Source of the DNA: a virus
Length of the DNA stretch: 64,000 nt
Direction: 5' to 3' (one strand)
IMG/VR virus record: IMGVR_UViG_3300025085_002722
Span: 32,001 to 96,000 of that record
This document shows positions 1 to 10,300 of the stretch, in pieces (the first letter of the stretch is position 1; each line of letters begins with the position of its first letter). The position numbers and the translations under genes are program-made. Under the pieces are notes generated by a model. It was not told where the DNA came from, ran no database searches, and saw nothing but the letters and a program-made list of their open reading frames with translations.

Positions 1-804
1 TCAACTGGCTGGAGTCCTAGCAAAAAGATTGGTAAAAAATACAAAGACCTTGCAGTAAAGTTAGGTGCAACTAACGAAAGTGTAAAGAAACTTGTACTAG
101 AACTAATGAAAATAGAAGAGTTTGATAACGAAAGTGACGATATTGTTATAAGTTATGAAAAATTCAAACCAGTAGAATTACCAAATGTAATAAATGTAAG
201 AGATGTTCCGCAATTACCATACAACGAAACACATGAAAAAATAATGTTGTATGCAAAAGAAAGAAAACTGTTAGATACAAATTATGATTTGTTTATTTGC
301 GATGACTTTATGTTAAAAAATAGACTAATTATTCCTTTTTACTACAACCAAGAAGTAGTAGGTTATGTAGGTAGACATATAAATCCGCCTACAAAAGAAA
401 CTCCTAAGTACATAAACAACAGTCAAGCAGGATATGTGTTTAACATAGACAAATACATTTACTCAGATAGAGATATTGTAGTAGTAACAGAAGGTGTTAT
501 TGATGCTATACTAATAGATGGTGTAAGTGTGTTAGGTAATACTATGAACGAAAGACAGATACAACAGATAAATTCGTTAAATAAAAAAGTAATACTTTGC
601 CCGGACAGAGATGCGCCAGGTAAAGATTTAATAAGGCAGGCCGCTGAACTAGGGTGGGAAGTAAGTTTCCCACCTTGGCACACAGACATAAAAGATGTAG
701 GCGATGCGGTACTCAAATATGGCAGACTTTTGACATTATCTAGTATAATTAAATATGCTGTCGCAAATAAAATTAAGATTGAAGTACAGAGTAAAATGTT
801 ATGA
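1..804 (+). CDS. DNA primase (T4 gp61-like, TOPRIM), 5'-truncated by the window edge
   Basis: Frame is open from base 1 (STGWSPSKK...). RLIIPF, KYIN, VTEGVIDA and PDRD/KDVGD TOPRIM motifs. Adjacent to the helicase. Confidence 0.9.
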   Translation, partial: STGWSPSKKIGKKYKDLAVKLGATNESVKKLVLELMKIEEFDNESDDIVISYEKFKPVELPNVINVRDVPQLPYNETHEKIMLYAKERKLLDTNYDLFICDDFMLKNRLIIPFYYNQEVVGYVGRHINPPTKETPKYINNSQAGYVFNIDKYIYSDRDIVVVTEGVIDAILIDGVSVLGNTMNERQIQQINSLNKKVILCPDRDAPGKDLIRQAAELGWEVSFPPWHTDIKDVGDAVLKYGRLLTLSSIIKYAVANKIKIEVQSKML

Positions 805-2186
805 GTGATATAAAAGAATACGGCGAAGATATACAAGAACTGTTTCTAAGATTTTTAGTTACAGATCCTGATGTATTTGTAAGGGTAAACAATATTGTTG
901 AGCCTTATATGTTTAATAGAAAATACAGAGATGCTGTAGAGTTCTTAAAAGATCATGCTAACAAATATGCTAGTATTCCTACATTAGAGCAACTTGAAGC
1001 AGTAAATGGCTTAGATTTAAAGCCAGTTGAAGATGCACATGACAGTCACATGAGTTGGTTTATGGATGAGTTTGAAACATTCTGTAGACATAAAGCATTA
1101 GAAAAAGCAATACTAGATAGTACAGACTTATTAGAAAATAAAGACTATGGTAGTGTAGAGGCACTTATCAAAGAAGCAACTGGCGTAGGTTTAGTAAGTG
1201 ATTTTGGTTTAGATTATTATGAAAATCCTAAAGAAAGATTACAATGGATTAAAGATCAAGCAGGAGCAATAAGCACAGGCTGGAAAAACTTCGATCAAAA
1301 GTTATATGGTGGACTTAATAGGGGAGAACTTACAGTATTTGCAGGTGGTTCAGGTGCAGGTAAGAGTTTGTTTTTACAAAACTTAGGTGTAAACTGGAGT
1401 CAAGCAGGACTTAATACTGTTTATTTGAGTCTAGAGTTAAGTGAACAACTGTCAAGTATGCGTATTGATGCTATGGTTAGTGAGTATGCCACTAGAGATG
1501 TTATGAAAAACATGGATGATGTGGACTTAAAAGTGCGTATGAAAGGTAAAGGTGCAGGTAAATTCCGCATAAAACAGATGAGCAATGGTGTAAATGCCAA
1601 TGATATTAGGTCGTTTTTGAGAGAATATGAGATACAAACAGGCATCAAAGTAGACGCATTATTGGTAGATTACTTGGATTTGATGATGCCAATTAGCGGA
1701 AAAGTTAGTCCGAGTGACTTGTTTATTAAAGACAAGTATGTATCAGAAGAATTGCGTAACTTAGCAGTTGAATTAAATGTGTTATTAGTTACAGCATCGC
1801 AGTTGAACAGGGGTGCTGTGGAAGAAATAGAATTTGATCACAGTCATATTGCAGGTGGTATTAGTAAAATACAAACAGCAGATAATGTTGTGGGTATTTT
1901 TACAAGCAACGCCATGCGAGAACGTGGTAGATATCAAATACAGTTTATGAAAACACGTTCTAGTAGCGGTGTTGGTAGTAAAGTAGACCTAAAATTCAAC
2001 CCAGAAACCCTAAGAATTGAAGATTTAGAAGAAGATGAAGAGACGTATGACACTATTAATACGATAACTATGACCGAAACACTTAAAAGATCATCAGCAA
2101 TCAGAAGCGACGAAGACGCAACTGACGACAATGTCGACATAGTACAGCAAGGTTTGGAACTTAGGAATCTCCTCAAGAAGAAGTAA
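801..2186 (+). CDS. Replicative DnaB-like helicase (T4 gp41-like)
   Basis: Walker A GGSGAGKS, SLEL, VDYLDL, TASQLNR and KTR motifs. Confidence 0.95.
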   Translation: MSDIKEYGEDIQELFLRFLVTDPDVFVRVNNIVEPYMFNRKYRDAVEFLKDHANKYASIPTLEQLEAVNGLDLKPVEDAHDSHMSWFMDEFETFCRHKALEKAILDSTDLLENKDYGSVEALIKEATGVGLVSDFGLDYYENPKERLQWIKDQAGAISTGWKNFDQKLYGGLNRGELTVFAGGSGAGKSLFLQNLGVNWSQAGLNTVYLSLELSEQLSSMRIDAMVSEYATRDVMKNMDDVDLKVRMKGKGAGKFRIKQMSNGVNANDIRSFLREYEIQTGIKVDALLVDYLDLMMPISGKVSPSDLFIKDKYVSEELRNLAVELNVLLVTASQLNRGAVEEIEFDHSHIAGGISKIQTADNVVGIFTSNAMRERGRYQIQFMKTRSSSGVGSKVDLKFNPETLRIEDLEEDEETYDTINTITMTETLKRSSAIRSDEDATDDNVDIVQQGLELRNLLKKK

Positions 2187-2191
2187 TTTAG

Positions 2192-2198
2192 ATAAATA
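2192..2198 (+). promoter_or_regulatory. T4-like late promoter core ATAAATA (leadered; GGAG SD before ATG 2217)
   Basis: GATAAATA directly after the helicase stop; same motif precedes many genes in the window. Confidence 0.7.
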
Positions 2199-2216
2199 TG
2201 CTTAAACGGAGATAAA

Positions 2217-2483
2217 ATGTCCTTAAATCACAGATCAATTCTACAAGAACTTAACTCAATAGTTTCAGAAAGAGACAAATTAAATGTAATTGAGTCTAGA
2301 GGCAATCATATTATTAAAAGTGCCTTAAATCTTATTGAATTAATACAAGAAAACTTTGACGAAGCAGAGGCGTTAGATCTTCAACGACGTCTGATAAATT
2401 CTATTAAAGGTAATAGACCTGAAAGATTTGTTAAGGGCGTACAGATTATTAAAGAATCAAGGTCCAAAACAAATGAAGATTAA
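2217..2483 (+). CDS. Hypothetical phage protein
   Basis: 88 aa ORF with SD and late promoter. Confidence 0.8.
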   Translation: MSLNHRSILQELNSIVSERDKLNVIESRGNHIIKSALNLIELIQENFDEAEALDLQRRLINSIKGNRPERFVKGVQIIKESRSKTNED

Positions 2484-3267
2484 CGAAGTCATATTACGCG
2501 AAGAGGATAGTTTAGCAGACTATCAAAAAAAAGCACCTGCTAAAAAATGGAAAAACATTGTTAGTGATCCAGCATACTCTCATGTAGAATTTGAAGTTGA
2601 CGGCTATCCGTACAAAGGATATATAGACAATAAAGCCAATATATTTTATGTATATGACGAAAGGCAACAAGATTTTATTCCTGCAGATCCTTCTTTTACT
2701 AGAAGAGCATTTCAAAGAAACACATCAGCAAGAATTAAAAACCTATTAAACTTTAAAAGATGGGACGATGTTAAAGCATGGTGGGATGCCACTAATCAAG
2801 ATAAGCCAGGCGCAGGTGTTGCCGCTAGGTATCAAGATGACAACTGGTTTGTAAAAGGCATGGCAACAGTTGGAGCCAGAGCAGGTGGTAAATTAGATAA
2901 CTATATTAAAAATCGTAGAACTAATAAACAACAGGGCACTACATGGGAACAAGTGTATGGTGTCCAACCTCCAAAACCTGGTGATAAAATACAATGGAAA
3001 ACTAGCGATAATGTTTTAAAAACTGGTGAGTTTATACAATTTACAGCAGATTCAGACGGCGACGGAGTACCAGATGTACAAATAAAAGGATTCTTTAACC
3101 CAGATAACCCAAAACAATCAACTACAACAGGTATCCCTAGTAAAAAAATTATCAGTATTAACGGTGTTAAACTTGTAACACAAAAATTATCAGGTAAGCA
3201 AAAGAAAAAATTAACTACACTAGATCCTGCAGATTCAGGAATAGAAAAAATAGACACGAGTTATTAA
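2473..3267 (+). CDS. Hypothetical protein with capsid-targeting-like N-terminus (MKINEVILRE)
   Basis: ATG at 2473 overlaps the end of the previous gene; preferred over the track start at 2428. Confidence 0.75.
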   Translation: MKINEVILREEDSLADYQKKAPAKKWKNIVSDPAYSHVEFEVDGYPYKGYIDNKANIFYVYDERQQDFIPADPSFTRRAFQRNTSARIKNLLNFKRWDDVKAWWDATNQDKPGAGVAARYQDDNWFVKGMATVGARAGGKLDNYIKNRRTNKQQGTTWEQVYGVQPPKPGDKIQWKTSDNVLKTGEFIQFTADSDGDGVPDVQIKGFFNPDNPKQSTTTGIPSKKIISINGVKLVTQKLSGKQKKKLTTLDPADSGIEKIDTSY

Positions 3268-4535
3268 TGAGAGCAGTCGATCTTACTAAAGGATACTTAA
3301 CTGAATGTGTGATTCATCACAGACTAGATGAAAGCAAAAACACTCACCTTGAACATTTAGAAGATTTAATTTTTAATGACGGATTACCTGGAGGTAAACA
3401 AGCAATACAATACCTTCACAGTTTTCATGAGATGCTGAAAGGTAGTGCTAAAACAAAATTCAACTTAACAACAAAATGGGACGGTGCTCCAGCAGTATTT
3501 GTAGGTACAGACCCAGCAGACGGTAAGTTTTTTGTAGGTACTAAAAGTGTATTCAACAAAAGAAATCCATTAGTAAACAAAAGCATCGAAGACATCAAAG
3601 CAAATCACGAAGCAGAAGGCTTACAAGAAAAATTAATTAGTGCATTTATGCATTTACAAAAATTAAATTTTAAAGGAAAAGTTGTACAAGGAGATTTACT
3701 GTACACAGACGACAGCATATCAGAAGCAAATATCAAAGGCGAAGAATTTATAGTGTTTAAACCAAACACAATTATATATGCCATTCCTAAAAACAGTAAT
3801 CTTGCAAATGATATTCTACGTTCAAAAATAGGCATAGTGTTTCACACAGAATATGTTGGCGGTGGCGGATTAGCAGACTTGTCAGCAAAGTTTGGGTTCG
3901 ACGCAAGTAGTTTAGGCAGTCACCCTGATGTCTGGCACAGAGATGCAATCATAAGAGACTACTCAGGGCAAGTTACTTTTACACAAGAAGAGTCACAAGA
4001 AATGGCTGAACTAATTAACAATGCAGATCAAAACTTGAAAGCAGTTACAGATTTAGACTTTCTTAAAAATAACGAATTTGGTGATGATTTAAGAACAAGA
4101 ATCAAAGCAAGTGTAAATAAAATTATCAGAGAATTAGTAGGTTTCGAACAAGATCCAAAAGTATTTGCTCAAAGATTTATTGCAGAGTATAAAGGCACAC
4201 TCAAATCAGCAGTTGAAAAACTAAAAAGTGATGACGGTAAAGTAAGAAAAACAAAATTAATGATAGACGGTATTAAATTTTTAGAAAGCAACCAAGAAGA
4301 GATAGAAAAAGCATACGTTGTGTATTTAGATTTGATCAAAGCAAAAGAAATGATAATTAAAAAATTAGCAAACATAAGACAAATAGACACGTTTGTACAA
4401 AACCAAGAAGGCGACTATGATGTTACAGGTGAAGAAGGCTTTGTTGCTGTTGATCATATTGGAAACGCAATTAAATTAGTTGACAGATTAGACTTTAGTG
4501 TTAAGAATTTTGGTACAGGGAGACCAGGAGCATAA
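3267..4535 (+). CDS. DUF6267-like protein with ATP-dependent ligase/nucleotidyltransferase-like motifs
   Basis: HLEHLED, TKWDGAP (KxDG), QGDLL, EGFV and KLVDR motifs. Confidence 0.7.
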   Translation: MRAVDLTKGYLTECVIHHRLDESKNTHLEHLEDLIFNDGLPGGKQAIQYLHSFHEMLKGSAKTKFNLTTKWDGAPAVFVGTDPADGKFFVGTKSVFNKRNPLVNKSIEDIKANHEAEGLQEKLISAFMHLQKLNFKGKVVQGDLLYTDDSISEANIKGEEFIVFKPNTIIYAIPKNSNLANDILRSKIGIVFHTEYVGGGGLADLSAKFGFDASSLGSHPDVWHRDAIIRDYSGQVTFTQEESQEMAELINNADQNLKAVTDLDFLKNNEFGDDLRTRIKASVNKIIRELVGFEQDPKVFAQRFIAEYKGTLKSAVEKLKSDDGKVRKTKLMIDGIKFLESNQEEIEKAYVVYLDLIKAKEMIIKKLANIRQIDTFVQNQEGDYDVTGEEGFVAVDHIGNAIKLVDRLDFSVKNFGTGRPGA

Positions 4536-5302
4536 TGGAAACACCCAAAGAGCAAAAACAAGCACAATATCAATTCATAGGCGATCTACAAGAAAGTAGA
4601 TTATATAGAACCACTGAAGGATTTAAGCCATATAATAAAGTTGATCTAGCAGAATTACTAATGGTAACAACTATGCTGGTGTATGTGTTTGCACAAGATA
4701 AGAAATATAGGCCATTTGCAATACAATATGCAAATGCAAATGTAAGACACGGAAAATATCGTGCAAGTAGATTAGGTGCTAATGATCATTACATGATTGC
4801 TTACACAATAAATTCTAAGTATAAAAAAGATTATAAATTTAACGAACAACTTATGCATCAGTTTATGACAGACATAGCAAAAGGTAAAATTCCAAATTCA
4901 CTTTACTTTTTAAGATTACAAAGACAACTTAAAATTAAAGATATGGTAATACAAAATGTTAGAAGATTAATATCAGACTGGAGCAGATTGAAATATAGGC
5001 AAAAGCAATTAGCAGTTACAAAAATGTTACACATAATGCGAGCCAAAGCAGTAAGAAGTGATTTATACAAAACATTAAATAAGTTTGCAAAAGAAAGAAA
5101 CTATAAATTAGTTAATGCAACTAACACAGAATTAGACAAAGCAACTGATCAAACAACACTTAAACGTTTAGCAGTAGCAGGTGCATCGGCATACGTTGGT
5201 GCAGAATTTGGCCCAAGAATAACAGGCGGAAGGTTAGGACCTAAATCCGCGGCTGGGTTGGCAGGTATTGCCGCATACTGGCAAAGTAGAAAAAGGTCAT
5301 AA
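4535..5302 (+). CDS. Hypothetical phage protein
   Basis: 255 aa ORF coupled by TAATG overlap. Confidence 0.8.
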   Translation: METPKEQKQAQYQFIGDLQESRLYRTTEGFKPYNKVDLAELLMVTTMLVYVFAQDKKYRPFAIQYANANVRHGKYRASRLGANDHYMIAYTINSKYKKDYKFNEQLMHQFMTDIAKGKIPNSLYFLRLQRQLKIKDMVIQNVRRLISDWSRLKYRQKQLAVTKMLHIMRAKAVRSDLYKTLNKFAKERNYKLVNATNTELDKATDQTTLKRLAVAGASAYVGAEFGPRITGGRLGPKSAAGLAGIAAYWQSRKRS

Positions 5303-5310
5303 ATAGTATT

Positions 5311-5892
5311 ATGAGAATCGACGAAGTAATAATCCAAGAAATCAGTCAGGCACAAAAAGATGCAATGAAACAGATGCGAGATATCCATATTCAGCGAAGA
5401 ATACAGGGTGTTGGTACTGATACATCTACATATGGTCGCGATATGGGGCAGGCAGTTGGAACAGATGTAGAGGTGGGAGATTTAAAAAATGTACCTGATA
5501 AAGGCACTACTGATGCCGATGTAAGAGGCACGTCACAAAAAGATAAAATAAGCAAAAGGACAGAGCCTCGTAAAAAAGACGGTCCTAGTGATGCTGAGTT
5601 AAGAGCCAAAGCAAGAACAGCCGCACTAAAAGGTACATCACGTAGAGGATTAAACACCAAAGACGGTGATGATGTTAGAACTGGTAGCGATGGCAGAAAA
5701 TTAAGACATCAAAAATACTACGGTAATCCTGCATTTGATCCTGATGCAGAATACGATTCAGTACTACCAAGTTTTGGCATTAAAAAAGGTCTTTCAAAAG
5801 CAAGAAATACAGTAGCATCTTATATCCGAAATCCAAGCGATACAATGGCTAATTTACGATATAAATTTAAAGATTTACTGTCTGGAAAGTAA
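5311..5892 (+). CDS. Hypothetical protein (MRIDEVIIQE N-terminus; leaderless candidate)
   Basis: 193 aa ORF; ATAAATA at 5299-5305, 5 nt before ATG. Confidence 0.8.
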   Translation: MRIDEVIIQEISQAQKDAMKQMRDIHIQRRIQGVGTDTSTYGRDMGQAVGTDVEVGDLKNVPDKGTTDADVRGTSQKDKISKRTEPRKKDGPSDAELRAKARTAALKGTSRRGLNTKDGDDVRTGSDGRKLRHQKYYGNPAFDPDAEYDSVLPSFGIKKGLSKARNTVASYIRNPSDTMANLRYKFKDLLSGK

Positions 5893-6015
5893 AAAATCCA
5901 ATAATTTTCAATTTCAAAACTCCAAAAAATCAATAGTCTTTGATAAATAAAAGTAACCAAGTTACAAAGATATGTTAAACAAAACACTTTGTAACACAGA
6001 ATTAGGAGACCAATA

Positions 6016-6258
6016 ATGGCATTAGTAAGATTAGAGGCAAACCCAGCATCAGCAGGTGAAGGTAACGGATTAGGTTCACAAACACATATCGTAACATATG
6101 ACGATTTAGATTTAGCAATCGCTCAGTGTTCAGCAGGTGGATCTATTGCAGGTGTTGACGTTTCAACAACAAATTTAGCAGTTCAAACAACTCAATCTGC
6201 TTCAGACGTTTTAGCATTCGCTAACGTAACAGCAGTAGTGGCAAGTTTTTCAGGCTAA
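6016..6258 (+). CDS. Small probable virion structural protein
   Basis: Late promoter 5943-5949, AGGAG SD, Ala/Gly/Ser/Thr-rich, own terminator. Confidence 0.65.
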   Translation: MALVRLEANPASAGEGNGLGSQTHIVTYDDLDLAIAQCSAGGSIAGVDVSTTNLAVQTTQSASDVLAFANVTAVVASFSG

Positions 6259-6284
6259 TAACTAACTTAAAATTTAGAAATTTT

Positions 6285-6311
6285 AACCCCCTTTTTAAGG
6301 GGGTTTTTTTT
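6285..6311 (+). terminator. Rho-independent terminator
   Basis: AACCCCCTT-TTT-AAGGGGGTT followed by a T run. Confidence 0.9.
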
Positions 6312-6382
6312 GGCTATTAAAATAGTGCCTGAATATACTGAGAAAATGATAAATATGCTTATAACAGTGACAGGAGACACAT

Positions 6383-6787
6383 ATGGCACAAACAAGATCA
6401 GGTGGACTTCTAACATCAAGTGAGGTACTCACAGGAGATGTAGAATTTTTTACGTTGTTCACCACAATAGACATAACTGCCACAGACGATTTTACAGACG
6501 ATACACAAAAAGATTTTGAAAGTTTAGTACAGGTAATTAGTTTGAGAGCACAACCTATGCTGATGAATACACCAATTGCAGTCGACGGAGTTTCGGCAGG
6601 ACTAGATGATTACGGTGCACCAACATTGACAGGTGCAGGTTGGGTATTTAAGTTTGCATTTGAGAGACTAGGTGCTCACACATTAGACACACTGAAAGAA
6701 GAATTAAACGGTATTGTTCTAAACGGCGGTACAGTTGATACAAAAAGTTCAGTAAATACTGAATTTTCTAAACAGGATGTATTATAA
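6383..6787 (+). CDS. Probable virion structural protein
   Basis: Late promoter 6349-6355, AGGAG SD, 134 aa. Confidence 0.6.
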   Translation: MAQTRSGGLLTSSEVLTGDVEFFTLFTTIDITATDDFTDDTQKDFESLVQVISLRAQPMLMNTPIAVDGVSAGLDDYGAPTLTGAGWVFKFAFERLGAHTLDTLKEELNGIVLNGGTVDTKSSVNTEFSKQDVL

Positions 6788-7029
6788 TGGCAGACAAAAA
6801 ATTAGATAGCAAACCAGCAGAACAGTTGTATGCTAATGAACCAGATTTAAAATCACAAGTTATTGCTGACATGCTGAGAATAGAGCAAGTCACAACAGAA
6901 ATAAAAGAATTCAAAGTCGAAGTAAAAGATCATTTTGCTAAAATAGAGAATTGGCTTGTAGGTATTATGGCAGGTGTATTTGCAACAATGTCGAGTTTGA
7001 TAATCGCATTAATATTTAAGTTATTTTAA
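6787..7029 (+). CDS. Small coiled-coil protein with C-terminal transmembrane helix
   Basis: Hydrophobic tail WLVGIMAGVFATMSSLIIALIF. Confidence 0.7.
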   Translation: MADKKLDSKPAEQLYANEPDLKSQVIADMLRIEQVTTEIKEFKVEVKDHFAKIENWLVGIMAGVFATMSSLIIALIFKLF

Positions 7030-7030
7030 A

Positions 7031-7309
7031 ATGAGAATAGTTGAAGTAGAAGGAGTAATGGAGGCCAAAATGGTCTGGGCCAAGCGAGGCAGTAAAATTG
7101 TTCGTAAGGTCAGATGTACTAGTGGCCCACGCAAAGGCAGAATGGTGTCTAATGCAGGTCAATGCTCAAAACCTATCAACTTAAAAAAACGCATGACGCT
7201 CAAAAAGACCAGAGCAAAAATGGGTAGAAGAATGGCAAGGAGAGCCGCAAGAACAAAAAGGCGTAATCCAGTTAGCAAAAGAGTTGCAAGGCTTAATAGA
7301 AGAAGATGA
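7031..7309 (+). CDS. Small very basic (Arg/Lys-rich) protein
   Basis: MRIVEVEGVME followed by a K/R-rich body; overlaps next start (ATGA). Confidence 0.75.
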   Translation: MRIVEVEGVMEAKMVWAKRGSKIVRKVRCTSGPRKGRMVSNAGQCSKPINLKKRMTLKKTRAKMGRRMARRAARTKRRNPVSKRVARLNRRR

Positions 7310-10300
7310 AACTAGCAGACTTATACGAATATAACAAAGGAATACAAGACCCAAATTCCAACGCAAAACAGTCAAATAAAAATGACGACGAAATGGAATT
7401 GGAGCCATTCACACCTGACCAAGAAAAGGAAGTAGCAAAAGGTTTTAAGGCACTAGGAGCCAAGTTAGGTCAGCCTATACAAAATCCTAAAATGGCCGCC
7501 AAAGGCATAAACAAGGCCATACAAGGCGACAAGCCAACACCACAGCAATTACAATCAAAATTACCAATTGATGTACAATTAACAAAAGCAATGCAGACTC
7601 CTGCATTGAGAAATCAATTAGCAAACATACTTAAAAAAGCAAACCAAATAGACATCGACGAAAACACCCTTGCTAAAAAAATATTAAAAAAATTAACAGG
7701 TAAAAAAGCACTAACAAAATTCAAAAGAAGATCTAAACTACTCAAAGAAGCAGATCCTACATTATGCGAAATAAATTTTAATAAAAAAGAAATAGTAAAA
7801 GGTTCGTTGGAACTGCCTATAAAATGTGGATTTGAAGCAGAAACATTTTTCTATTCAGTAGAAAGCAGTGGCGCCAGTGACGATGTAGACAACATGAGTA
7901 TCAGTGATATCGAATACGAATACGGTGATATGCCAGATAGTGCATATGAAGATTATCAGTCCTGGTTGTACACTAAAGGGCAAGATGAATACTTAGATGA
8001 CTTAATTACAGACAAAGTAAACGAAGTCAAAGAAGATGAAGACTGGTTAAACGAGTTTATTGACAGTAGCGATGGCCCAAGTTCAGAAGCAATAGAACAA
8101 TACAAAAAAGATTTTGAAGACGCCGATCCCAAAGAATATGAAAACCGTGAAGAAGATGGTTGGGAGTATATGAATTGGGTCAGAGAATATGTTGAAGAAG
8201 AATATGAAAACGAATATTTGATATGGTTAGAGGATGCTGTCAGAGAAGACAGCGACCTAGATCAAGAAGCCAAAGAACTTGCTGAAGGTGATTACAGCAT
8301 GGATGATTGGGTAAACGATACCTATGATTACATGAGTAGTTTCCTCGATGATTATGGTTTTGATTACAGTAGGTCAGGCGGTGATGTTGAAGGTGTAGCA
8401 GATGAATTAAATAACTGGATTAAAGATAATAGTAAATTTACAGACTATCCAGATTCAGGGGAATACGGCGAAACAAATACTACAACTGCTTGGTCAGTTG
8501 AGACTGACAGCAGTATAGATCCGGACGAAGGTGCCGGCGCAGAACTTATTTCTCCTGTATTTGATAGTCCAAGAGATATGCTTGAAGAAATGAAAAGTTT
8601 ATTTGACTGGAGCGAAACAAACTTTGGCACAAACAATTCCACAGGACTACATGTAACAATGAGTTGGCATGGTAAAAATCCTGATACAGTACAAGATGAA
8701 GACGGCGAATTTTGGGGAGATGAACCATCAGGACCAAACAAATTAAAAATGGCATTACTGTTAGGTGATGAATATTTACTTGCAGAATTTGGCAGGTTAA
8801 AAAACAGTTACACAAAAAGTCAATACAATAATGTATTAAAACATGCAGAAGGCATGAAACGTGGTGAGGCAAAAAGTTTTAAAGAATTTGAAAAGATACT
8901 CACAAAAGGCATAGACACTGGCAAGTTTAACAGTATACATTTTAAAAACGAAAAAGACAGAATAGCAGGAACCAATCTTGTAGAGTTTAGAATTGCCGGC
9001 GGTGCAAATTACAATGAAATGTATGAAAAAGTTGTTAAAGCAGTTATTAGATACGCAACTATCATGCAAGCCGGATATGAAAAAGACGCATATAAAAGAG
9101 ATTATGTTAATGCTGTGTTCAGGCTTTTGCGTAAATCACAAGAAATAGACCCTAAAAGATTAAAAGCATTATCAGTTGTTAATCACGAAGTTATAGACTC
9201 TGCTAAAAATATAGTAGGTAAAAAAGACTACTTTGATGTTATTAATTTTTTAAGCAATAGTGTTGAAAGTTTGAGATATTATGAAGAATTAAGCAAACCA
9301 GGTGCTGACAAAGAATGGTTAAAAAGTGTTAAAGAATATGAAAAAAATACTGGTACAAAATTAGATATAAAAGAAGTAGAAGAACGCGAACCAATAGAAG
9401 GTTATTTACAGCCAGACAGAATCAGACCAAGCAAAGGTGCGGCAAGCGAATTAAAAAAAGCACAAGAAAAATTTGCATCGGCTGTTACTATAATAGCAAG
9501 AGATATAGCAGACGGTAATAACAGAAGTACTGTTTCAGCAAAAGATATAGGCGCATTTAGAAAATATGCAAATTTAGTTAAGTTAGATGATAAAGAATTA
9601 GAAAAAATTGTCATGACAAAAATGGATGATTTTAACTGGGGTGATCCTGATAAAAGCAATATTAACAGATTGAAAAAAGGTATAGATACTTTATTCAAAA
9701 GAAATATAATTTCAGAACCAGAATATCTTACACCGCAAGATGCTGACAGGATTGCTACAGGTATGTGGCAATTTTATCAAACAGACGATGTAAAAGACAA
9801 TGCTAAAACTGACAAACTTGCAGAATTATTCATGCAATTAAATCCAAAAAATGATAAACCTAATGTTGTAGATATATTAAAAGATTTAATGCATGAAAGA
9901 CAACAAAATGGATTTAGTGCTAAACTAAAAGGCTCAGGTTGGAATACCGGTATTACTTTGATAGGCACAGGAAAAATTACCACACCAGGAGCATCTGCAG
10001 AATTATTAAAATTCTTAGAACCATATAGTGGTTACAAACACCCAACCGGCAAACAGCATCATATTAATATCAAAAGCGATGACCCTTATGCATCTGTGTT
10101 TGACATGAGACTTCGACAACGTTTAAGAGAAAGATTAGTACATATAAGAGAGTTAGAAACAGACGATCCAGAAAAAGCAACTAAACTACAGCAACAATTA
10201 GTCAAAATTGGACTTGAATTATTAGAAGGCCTAAAGCCTAGACCAGATCTTTGGGATGAAGATGATGACGGATTCGCCCAAATTAGACGGGGTAATGATG

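Noticed and set aside
2525-2532. A8 run as a third slippage site
   Set aside because: The gene continues in frame with no adjacent stop.
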